Source: Geosiphon pyriformis uo1 (taxonomy: Eukaryota > Fungi > Glomeromycota). Taken from it: a stretch of 64,000 bases of DNA. Under the pieces are notes generated by a model, which worked only from the letters and a program-made list of their open reading frames with translations, made no database searches and had not been told where the DNA came from. Where the stretch lies: positions 686,043 through 750,042 of the forward strand of contig JAAOMT010000570.1 of NCBI GenBank assembly GCA_016748015.1. Direction: 5' to 3'. This document shows positions 36,021 to 47,400 of this stretch, piece after piece (position 1 is the stretch's first letter; the number at the start of each line of letters is the position of its first letter). The position numbers and the translations under genes were made by a program.

Positions 36021-37395
36021 TATACACCCTTAAACACTGAAGTAAAACCAATAACAGCCAATTTGGATGCTTTATCAACAAAACACACAATCACACATCT
36101 ATTATGCACATATGAACTGGAATTATGGCCAATAAAACAAGTCTTCCTACTATATAATTCCAACAAATCAGAAAGATCATAAGCCATTGTACCAACTAGA
36201 AGAGTATAAAGCAATGCCCAATGTAAATTTCTGGAAATCTATGATTGTTTATCATTAATGACTTTTACCATGCAAATGGAATCCTTTCCCATAAAGACAA
36301 ACCATTTAGCTGTGACCAAATTAGCTATTTCAGATGACTCAAACTTTACTAAAGCTTTCTGCCACAGTCCAATCAATTGCATTTTAATTGATACAATCTT
36401 TTCAAACTTAGAAAAAACAGATTCCACAGCCAATTTGGGAAAATTGACTGGAATTTCCTTAACAATCACTTCCCAATCTGATTGGTTGTTTATCTTTTTG
36501 AGATTATTGTTAACAAGAATTTTCTTACTGATTGCCAATTTTTTTGCCTTATCCAAACTAAAATCTGATGTGAATGATGATCTAATGATTTCTAGAAATT
36601 TTAAGAGAGTGAAAGTCTCCCCAAAACCATCAATGTGATAAAAAATTTTTTTGATTGCGATTAACTTATCACCATTAGTTTTTCCAGGAATTGCCAACAG
36701 CTCTATATCCAGTGCAAATAACTTAGTAGAACTAAAATTTCTAACATCCCTATTGTACAATTTAGTCAATAACAGCTTATGAGATCCAGAAAACTTAGAT
36801 GCTGGAAACACCAATTTGGTATTATTATTACTTAAAATATCGAAAGAAGGCACCTTTGGTGGCTGTTCCAGCATGTAAGTTTTTGTTCATGTTTTCCTTG
36901 GAATGGCATTGTCCATCATGTTGTCTGTCTTAGAAGTGTTGGAGTCAACATAGCTTGTTTTTTTGGCAACTATGTTTTTCATATTCTCTATATCCAACAA
37001 TTCATTAACACTGTTTTCTTTGCTGTCTATTTCTCTGCCCCAAGATCTAGTTTGCTCAATGCTAGTATTTTGCAACAAGTTGGCAGGATAGGTTTAATTG
37101 ACAAATTTACTACAACACCAGAAGTTTCAGACTTTTTCAGTTTTTTGAATAAAGGACTATGAAAGTAGATACTCTCAACATATACCTTTTTCTTTCCAAT
37201 AGACTGAATATCCAACCCAGCCGAAACTGAACCAAAACCACTAGCAAACAAACCTGCCTGTTCTATTATGACAAAAAAAAATATATTAGACAAAATGACT
37301 TAAGAAAACAAAGAGTAAAAAGGAAAAAAAAAGCAATTTCTTCAAAAAAATTTTTGCTTTCATTGTGGTCAAGGGATCAATAAGAGAAAGATTTT
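36021..37395 (-). mobile_element. LINE 5' fragment (5' UTR + ORF1)
   Basis: ORF1 homology in 36239..36874; 5' end TCTTATTGATCCCTTGACCACAA. Confidence 0.8.
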
Positions 37396-38284
37396 TTTTT
37401 TTAATAATTTATTAAATTATTTTTGTAATTTACAAATTGAACTTTTTATATATATAATAAAATTTAAAATATTTTTTATATTTTATTGTTTAAATTTTAT
37501 TTTAATTTTTTTTTGTTTTTATAAAATAAAATAAAAAAATCAATTAATATTTAATATATAAAATATATTAAATAATTATATGATATCAAATAATTATAAA
37601 AATTTTTAAAATGTTATAAATATTAAAAATATTAAAAACACCAAAAATACTAACAATAACTAAAAAAATGTAAAAATAATTAAAAATACCAAAATATTTC
37701 ATATTATTTAAAAAAAATATGTAATAATAATATTAAAAATAAAAAAAACATATTTTTTTATTATTTATTTTTTTAACTATTAATTTATTAAAAAATAATC
37801 TTAATAAAAACAATTAATTTTAAAAAAAATATTAAATATTAGAATAAAGATTATTTATTCAAAAATTTTTTAATAATTAATATTTATTTCTTAAATATTA
37901 TTAAAAACAACACTTTTAAAAAACAAAAAAAAGAAATAAATTTATTATTTATTTAATTAAATTAAATAATCTAATAAATTAATTAATTAAAAACATATGT
38001 AAAAAAAAATAACTTGTTTTGTTTTTAAAACTAATAAAAATTAACCAAAAATCAACATATTAAATAATACAACCAAAAATTAATTAAAATTAAAATTAAT
38101 TAATATGTTTTTGTTGTTATTGTTTAGAATAAAAGATTTATTTTTATTTACAATTATAATAAAATTGACAAAAAGCCAGAAAAAATAAAAAACCAAAGTT
38201 TTATTTTTTACAAGAAAAAAAATTGACTTTAAAATATTAATATTAATAATAATTTTTTTTAACACTTTAAAAGAGAGATAAAAA

Positions 38285-39761
38285 ATTTCTTCTTGTCGAT
38301 CCTCTGACCACAACAAGAATGAAAAATTTTTTTTTTTTTAAAAAACAATAGTCTTCTTTTTCTCTTTTCCCTTTGTTCTTATCAGCTATTTCTTCAAGTG
38401 TACCTATATTTGTTGCAATGAAGCCAGCGAACACATCTGCTGGTGGGCCTAATATTGGTTTGATTGGTTTAGAGACCTATTTGAATGCAAAAAAAAACCA
38501 TATGAATAGTGTTTACTTCTGTGGTGCATCTCATAAAAAGCCAAAGAAGTCTGTTGTTGGTGATATTATCGACTTGTCTGCTAGTCCTTTGAGCATAGGT
38601 AACTTTGTTAGTGCCAGTGTTAAACCTGTGATGTCTTGGAGTAGTGAGGTGGGCAGCATTGTGAGCAGTGCTAGTGGTCTTTCCAACATTGAGAACATAA
38701 AAAACATGGTGGCAAAAAAAACAAGTTATGCAGATTCTGATACTTCATTCAAATATAAGAATATGGACAACACTACTCCCAGAAAGACTCGAACCTATAC
38801 TTATATGTTGGGCCATCCACCAAAGCAGCCTTTGTTTGATTGTATAAGTGATGATAATAGTGTTCTTAAGTTTCCTCCATGCAAGAAAACTGGATCCAAT
38901 TAGATGTCACCATCTGGGTCATGTGCTCCAGTTACACGTGGTTTTAATTTGACCAAATCTTTCATACTTGATATTGAGCTTTCTGTGGTGCCTGATAAAT
39001 CTGTTAATGATAAATTAATTTTAATAAAAAAGATCTTTTATAAAGTAGATGGTTTTGGGAGTGCTTCCACTCCCTCAAAATTCTCAGGGATCATCAGATC
39101 TTCATTTACTTTTGAATCTAACATGAATAGAGCAAAGAAATTGGCAATCCATGAGAAAATTGTGGTAAATGATGATCTTAGAAAGGTTAACAGCTATTCA
39201 GATAAGGAAATTATTGTCAAGGAAATTCTGATCAATCTTCCCAAATTGGCTGTAGAATCTGTTTTCTCCAAGTTTGAAAAGATTGTATCAATCAAAATGC
39301 AGCTGATTAGCCTGTGGCAAAAAGCTTTGGTAGAGTTTGAATTATCTGAAATAGCTGATTTGGTCGCAACTAGATAGTCTGTTTTCATGGAAAAAAATTT
39401 TGTTCGTGTGGCAAAAGCCATTGATGATAAACAGTTATGAGTTTTTAGGAATTTGCACTGAGCATTGTTTTATATTCTTCCAGTTGGTATTACAGCACAT
39501 GATCTTTTTGATTTGTTGGAGTTATATGATGAGAAAACTTGTTTTATTGGCTATAATCTGAGTTCTTATGCGCATGATAGATGTGTAATTGTGTGTTTTG
39601 CTGATAAAACATCCAAATTGGCTGTTATTGGTTTTATTCCAGTGTTTAAGGGTGTAAATTTGTGCTGGGCTGGTCTTTCTTTAGCTTGTTGCACCAATTG
39701 TAAACAATTTGGTCATGTTTCTAATATGTGTTTGGCTGATAAAAACTCTGGAGTTCATCGT
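38285..39761 (+). mobile_element. LINE 5' fragment (5' UTR + ORF1 to the CCHC knuckle), cut by a family A LTR
   Basis: ORFs 38373-39761 homologous to the other ORF1 copies; 5' end TCTTGTCGATCCTCTGACCACAA. Confidence 0.85.
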
Positions 39762-41201
39762 TGTTACCAGAGATTTTTGGTCTCTTTTCTTGAACATTGT
39801 AAATATCTGTTGGTTGCAAATTCACATTTTCTAAAAGTAGTTGAACCTCTAATAACTGAATTTATCTTCAAATTATTTCCTATAATTTGAACTGCTGGGC
39901 TTATAAGTAGAATGGCCAATTCCTTGCCAGTTACTTTATGTAGTTATATTGTAGTAAATGTCAACTCTTTCCCAGGAATTGCTCATCTGGAAGCTCACTA
40001 AAAATGTGTAGTTACTTTGCTGTGAAAGTCAATTCTTCTACAGGAATCTCATTTGTAGGCTACCCTAATGATTGTAATAAGAAAAGAAAAGAAAAATAAA
40101 AGAAATATAAAAAAAATAGGATTTTATCAAGAGAAACGTTTTCTATCCAGGCCTGGAGTCACTAACAGTTTACTGAAATTGGTAGCTAATCAATTTCGAA
40201 ATGTTAGTTGAGTTTTGGGAATTTTCCAAGTGCAATAATTAAAAAATTTGGTTTTTCAAATTATTTGATATTTATTTCTTTTTGTGTGTATAGGAACAGT
40301 TCTAAGTAATAAATCTAAAGTAAGATACATTTTTTTAAAGAAAAAAGCTCTTCTTTTATACAACTTGTTGTAGTACTAGTCTATGAACTTACATTTTTTC
40401 TCTTTGCTCAAATTTCGGCGAACTAAAGATATATTTTGATAAACTACAAGTTATTTTACTGAACTATTGATTAATTTGGATAAATTATTCATAATTTCGG
40501 CGAATTTCTATAAATTTCGGCGAATTTCTGTAAATTTCAGCGAATTTTAGAATGTTACAAAGTTCAGAGTATTGTGTAATTTGATCATCTTACTTTCTGT
40601 TGTACTAATTAGATTATTAATTGAATTATGATATGTGATAAATTGATTAAATAATAAGTAATAATTTAGATTGATATTAACATGTTAATTACTAATAAGA
40701 ATTATAAGGACAATTTCATGCTAATTAATAGCTAAAATTCTACTGGTAACATAATTTCCTCCTCAAGATTGAGCTCTGTCAAAGTCCAAGCACTATCTGT
40801 AATGTCAAGATAGTGGTTCAAGATGATTGAAGTGATTTGCTCTGAAAATTGTTGAAATTTCAGTTCTGTGAGCTTTCCAATGTATTGTATTTTCAATAGT
40901 TGAAGTATTGGGCTTTGTAGGACGTTTTCACAAGTATTAAACAAGTCATAGAGTCTAAGAGCTGCTTTAAGTTTGTAGCGAGTATTTGTTGATCCAGCTG
41001 CTGTCTTGAATTCATTGTGAATTTGTTTTTGTATGGCTTCTGGGGTGGTATTTGTTGCTTCAAGTTCTAGTTTTTGTTCATAAAGTGTTTTTCTAATACA
41101 GAAATATTTAAATATGAGGGTATATTCATTGTTCTGTTCATTAAATAATAGTAGAAGTTTTTGTTGTATTGTGGCATTTGGTGGAATGTCAATAGGGGCA
41201 G
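39762..41201 (-). mobile_element. Family A element A2, 3' end (ORF3 C-terminus, PPT, 3' LTR 39762-40751)
   Basis: TGTTACCAG...CTGGTAACA; PPT GAGGAGGAAA; ORF 40732..40944 homologous to A1 ORF3. Confidence 0.88.
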
Positions 41202-42151
41202 TGTTATCAGAGGTTTTTGGTCTTTTTTTAGCTCTTGTATGTTTGTTGTAATGTTGTTAATTCATGACTATGGGAAGTATTTGAACCTTCGATAACTGAA
41301 TTTTATCTTTAAATTATCTCCTATAATTTGAACTGCTGGGCTTATGAGTAGAATGGCCAATTCCATGTCAGTTACTTCTGTAGTTACATTGTAGTAAATG
41401 TCAACTTTTTCTCAGGAATTGCTTGTCTAGAAGCTCACTAAAAATGTGTAGTTACTTTGCTGTGAAAGTCAACTCTTCTACAGGAATCTTATCTGTAGGC
41501 TACTCTAATAATTGTAATAAGAAAAGAAGAGAAAAATAAAAGAAATGTAAAAGAAATAGGATTTTATCAAGAGAAATGTTTTCTATCCAGGCCTGGAATT
41601 ACTAACAGTTTACTAAAATTGGTAGCTAATCAATTTCAAAATGTTAATTGGGTTTTTGGGGATTTTTTAAGTGCAATAATTTAAAGAATTTTGGTTTTTT
41701 GAATTATTTGATATTTATTTTTTTTGTGTGTGTAGGAATAGTTCTAAGTGATAAATCTAAAGTAAGATACATTTTCTCAAAGAGAGAAGCTCTTCTTTTA
41801 TACAACTTGTCGTAACATTATTCTATGAACTTGAACTTTGCTATTTTTTACAATTTCGCTAAACTAAAGATACATTTCAGTGAACTACAAGTTATTTCTG
41901 CGAACTATTAGATATTTCAGTAAACTATCAATTATTTCTACAAATTTCTACAAATTTCAGCAAACTTTTTGAATGTTACATAGTTCGGGGTATTGCATAA
42001 TTGATCATTACAATTAGGTTACATTTATGTTATATGCAAATTGGGTTATTAATTAACTGATAATTTTGGATATTTTGCTAATGTAATAAGTAATAATTTG
42101 AAATAATAATATATGTTAATTAACAATAGGAATTATAAAAATAATTTCATG

Positions 42152-42871
42152 CTAAATAATATCTCTAATTTTGTCTAGTAACATAACCTTTTCCTCAAGA
42201 CTGAGCTCTGTTGAAGTCCAAGTACTGTCTGTAATTTCCAGATAGTAATCCAAAATTATTGAAGAAATTTGTTCTGAAAATTGTTGAAATTTTAGTTCTG
42301 TGAGCTTTCTAATGTATTGAATCTTCAAAAGTTGTAAAATTGGGTTTTGTAGGATGTTTTCACAGGTGTGGAATAGGTCATAAAGTCTAAGAGCAGCTTT
42401 TAGTTTATAACGACTGTTTGTAGGTCCAGCTGTTGTCTTGAATTCATTGTGGAGTTGTTTCTGAATAGCTTTTTTTGTGAGGTTTGTTGCTGTAAGCTCC
42501 CGTTTTCATTTGTGAAGTGTTTTTCCAATGTAGAAATATTTATATATTGGAGTATAGTTATAGTTTTCTTCATTAAGACACAGTTGAAGTTTTTGTTGAA
42601 TAGTAGCATTTGGTAGAATACTAATAGGAATAAGCATTAAGTTTTCTCTTAAAGCAAGCTTTAAAAGTTCTGGCAGGTGAATTCCAGAATAACTTCTTGT
42701 GTTCTTCTTATATAGGTGGTATTTTCGTGAATTTGGGGCTAAATTTGTAACTATTTCTGTTTGGATATAATTAATGTGGTTTCCAGTAACAGTAATAAAT
42801 AATTCAAGTATTGTTTTTAAAGTTAACATTAGTTTTTGGGATAATTGTTGAATGTTTTGAGGAATAGTCAT
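42152..42871 (-). pseudogene. A1 ORF3 (240 codons, one internal TGA), function unknown
   Basis: ATG 42871 to TAG 42154-42152 inside the LTR; no obvious signal peptide or TM helix. Confidence 0.75.
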
Positions 42872-42993
42872 TATAAGAGATTTGAAAATAAAAAAAAATT
42901 ATTTTTGGTGTATGGGTTTTTATGTTATTTTTGCTTTGTTTTTGTGAGATTGTTTATAAATTATAAGGAGATAACTATAATAATAATTTCAAG

Positions 42994-44379
42994 TTAAGTG
43001 TTCAAGTTGGGAGGTTGTTTAATGACAACTATTAGTTCTAAATTTTGGGGAATATCTTCGGAATTGATTAAAGGGGAATGTGTACCAATTTGTAAAATTA
43101 ATGATTCAGGATTGTGTCTGGAATTATAGTGTTTCAAACAATCTTTATGTGCAACTTTTGCTAAGATTTTGTCATCAAGTCTTAACTTGTATGATTTGTT
43201 GCCTAGGACTTCATGGATAAAGAATAGTCCATCCTATTTATTTTCAAATTTTCCATTCTATTGTTTTTCGGCTTTAGTTCTGTGTAAGAGAACTTTGTTT
43301 CCGATTTTAAATTCATTAGTAACTGGAGGCAATTTGTTGTCATGCCATTCTTTTTGTTGAGCTTGGGAGTGTTTAATATGGGTGGCTGCTATTTATTGTT
43401 TTCCTTCCAATGTGTTAAGCAGAGTATAGGCTCTTCGTTGTAGTGTTTCCTGAAAGTTGTCTTTATTAATTGGTTGTATTGGATATGTTTCTATTGTGAA
43501 ACTAATTGGTAATATTGCTGTCCTTCCATAGATTAAATCAAATAATGTGTGTTTTGTGGTATCTTGTTTTAGTGTTCTATATGCTAGTAACACTGATGAA
43601 ATAAAGAGATCCCATTCTTGCTCAAAATTGGTTGAGACTTTGGCTAATGATTCACACAATGTTCTGTTGAAATGTTTTACAAGTCTATTTGTTTGTGAAT
43701 GGTAGGGCAAAGATAATGGTTTTTTGACATTAAATTGTCCACAAATTTTCTGGATTAAATTGTTCACAAAATGTGTTCCTTGATCAGATAAAAGTTCTAT
43801 TGGACATCCATGTCTACAAATAATGTTTTTGTAGATGAAGTTTGCTACTGATTTTACATCTGCTCATTGAATGGCTCTGACTTCAGGCCATTTGGTGAAA
43901 TAGTCTACAGCTACTGCAATATAATAGTTTTCTTGGTTTGTGATAGGTAGTGGTCTGACTAAATCAATACCAACTTGGTCAAAAGACTGTTCAACTTTGA
44001 TTGGGTTTAAAGGTTCTGTAGGGCAAGTTCCTTCTCTTCTTTGACAACTATCACAAGACTTAATGTATTCATGAATGTCTTTTCTTATTTGAGGCCAAAA
44101 GTAATATTCTAGTGTTCTCTGAATGGTGCTGTTTTTTCCTAGGTGTGTTGATAAAGGGTCTGAGTGCATGTTATATAAAATGGTTTTTTTTTTATGTTCT
44201 TGTATTAATCTGAGTGGATTGTCTGAGTTTCTGAAGTTTTGATAATAAATCATGTTGTTGTGTAAAAAGTATTGTTTGGCTTGTTGTTGTAACTGATGTT
44301 TTTTATCTGAGAACCAATCTGTTGGAATTGTTAATGTCTCCAAATATTGTTTAAAATTGTTGTAGTTTTCGGAGTTCAT
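42994..44379 (-). pseudogene. A1 integrase, stand-alone ORF with its own ATG (462 codons)
   Basis: HHCC (HSDPLSTH...CDSC), GIDLV, AVDYFTKWPE, SDQG, RLVKHFNRTL, DGLFFI..GPF-like C-terminus. Confidence 0.88.
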
Positions 44380-44425
44380 TGTTTGTTGTTTTGTTGTTAA
44401 TTCAAATGGGTATTGGTTTTGTATT

Positions 44426-47400
44426 CTAATCTTGCCTTATTCTTGAGAGACAATCAACATTAGTATGGAGTTTTCCTGATTTGTGGTGTACAATATATTG
44501 GTAGTTGGCTAAAAATTCTGTCTATTGGGTTTGTTTTGCATTCAGCTGAGTGTTTTTGTTCTGAAGCCATTTGAGTCCAATATTATTAGTAATAATATCA
44601 AATTCTTTGGGTCTGAGGTAAAGGTTGAAGTGATATAGGACCCAGATTACTGCTGCAGTTTCTAATTCTGTTGCAGGGTAGTTTTTTTCAGCTGGTTTCA
44701 ATGTTCTGCTAGCATAAGCAATTACTTGCTCATTTCCATTGTCATCTAACTGTAATAGAATGGCACCAAAGGTGGTATAAGAGACATCTGTTACTAACCG
44801 GAATTGGTTGCTAAAATCTGGGTAGGCAAAAATTAGTTTTTCTTTGAGGATTTTAAATGCGTTTTGGTGTTTAGCAGTCCATTTGTATTCGACGTTTTTT
44901 GTGGTTGAGAGGTTTTGCAATTTCTGAGAATCCTTTGATAAACTTTCAATAGTAGAAGGCTAACCCTATGAATCCTCTTAGTTCTGTAGTGTTTTGAGGA
45001 GTTTTGAAGTTTTTGACAGTGCTGATTTTTCCAGAGTCCAGTTTGATTCCATCTTTACTAACAATATGACCAAGAAAGGCCAAGCTTGTTTTTCCAAAGT
45101 AGCATTTTTCGATGTTGAGTTTCAGTTCTGCTTTTCATAATCATTGAAAAACTTTTTACAGATGTTTTAAGTGTAATTTGAATGATGAAGAATAAACATC
45201 AGTATTGTCAAAATAAATGACTACTGACTTCCAAAAGAGTTTTTTGTACACAATATCTATTAATCTTTGAAATGTTGCTGGTGCATTGCATAATCTGAAA
45301 GGCATTACATTGAATTCATAGTTTCTTTCTTGGGTTGTAAAGGCTGTTTTGAGATGATCTTTGGGGTCTATGGCAACTTGCCAGTATTCGCTTTCTAGAT
45401 CTAGTGTTGAAAAGTATTTGGCCTTTCCAAGGGCATCTAACATATCATCAATTCAGGAAAGGGGATAGGCATCTCCAATAGTGACACTGTTGAGTTGTTG
45501 ATAATCAATACAAAATTGTATCTTTCTATTTTTCTTTTTAACTAAGACTACAGGTGAGACCCATGGACTCATTGATGATTGGATAAGCCCATTATTGAAC
45601 ATCTGTTGTACTTCTTCACGGATAAATTGGTGGCTTTCTGGAGCAACTCAGTAGGCTTGCTGTTACCTTGGTTTGACATCTCCTGTATAAATTTGGTATT
45701 GGACCAAATCAGTTCTTCCTAAGTCATTGTTGTTTTTGGCAAAGATATCGGCAAATTCTGCAATTAGCTCTTTGAGCTGGCTCTGTTGTTGTGGTTTAAG
45801 TTGTCCCATGTTAATTCAAGATAGTTTTTCCATAACAACATGGTAGTTTTCAAAGCTGGAGTTTGGGTTGATTTTTGGTAGTAAATGTCCAATAATTTCA
45901 GAGAAATTGGAGACTGTTTGGAATAATTCTTGTTGAAAGATATTACTGTGAATAACTCCAATTTCTAAGTTATTTAATAAAACTATGGGGAAATTGTTGG
46001 GATTGTAAAAAGTAACTCTGATTTTTTTTGTTCCTTCTAAAATATAAATATTTGGGATTAAGATATTATGTTCCAAGCAGATTTGTTTGTTGAACTTAAA
46101 AATTTGTTGTGTGGTTGTTGGCTTTTCACAAGTATAAATTTTGGGGTGTTCTTCAAAGGGTGAAATGGTAATTGGTTGTGGAAGTCGTAAAATTTGGTGA
46201 GATTCTTTCTGTTCGTTAAGGGCTATGTTTACTGGAACTGTAAATTGTCCAGTTAAACCAAAACCTTAGGTTCCTCTTTCACTTTTTTCCAATAGTTCTC
46301 TTTGATTGACTAATTGTAAACCCGAAATGTTGGTTAAGGGTAAATAAATGACTTGGGCAATTTTCTCAACATGTTCAATCTTAAATGGCTTGTTAGTTTT
46401 GTTTTGGAATATTACTGTTATGTTACCAGTATATCCAGCATCAATTATTCCTCCTCTGACATTGATTCCTTTGCTTGCTAGAGAGGATCAGAAGGTGATT
46501 TGAACCATTGCTCCTGGCAGGATTTCGAGAGCAATTTTGAGATTGATTTTTGTGAGAAATTTGGGTTTGAGAATGAGAGTATTCTTGTCTGGATATCTTA
46601 GGTCATATCCAGCATCAATTTTATGTGCTTTTTCAGGTTTTATTTCTTGTCTGTTGTTGTTAAAGTATTTGAGTTGTAAGGCAGGCTGGTTTTCGATGAG
46701 ATAGATGGGTGTTGCTTTACTTTCTTCTGTTGCTTCAGGTTCTCCAAATTCAATTTCGTTCTCATCATTTTTACTGAGCAGAGAAATACTAAAAGCATAG
46801 CATTCAGGACACTACTGTTCATCACAAAGCATAATGCATTCTTCACATAGTCTAATGTTTATTTGCTCTAATCATTGAATTTAAGCTTCTAGGGTTGGAT
46901 AGATGTAACTTGCAATTTGGTGGTAGACTTCTACTTCATCTTCATAATCGAATCCAGCTAATTCCATGGTGTATTCAATGTATTCTGCTTCCTTTATTTG
47001 ATGGACATCTTTTTTAGTAGCTCCATTAATTAATGCCATTGCTAAGTTGAAAATCATCTCAGCATCATGGGAGTAGTGATAAAGTTTGTTGAGAGCACTA
47101 TTGTATGCTGCATTAAAGGGTGTTCCTCTTTTTACTTTTTCTGAAATTAATAAAGCATATTGGCAGGTCTGATTGCAGACTCTTCCTCTCATTGCTACAT
47201 CAATCCAATTGCATTCTTCTGGTAGCATATCTCCACAAGTCAAACAAGAGGTGTTATTTCATTTTCCGTTTCTTTTTATTAGATGGCCCCATCATTCTCT
47301 ATGGCAAGCCTTACAGTAATAACAAGTATAATTTTCATATTTTTCTTCAGATAAAATGCAGGCTTCCATTGAAGAGAGTTTCTTGTGGCAGTCCTTGCAT

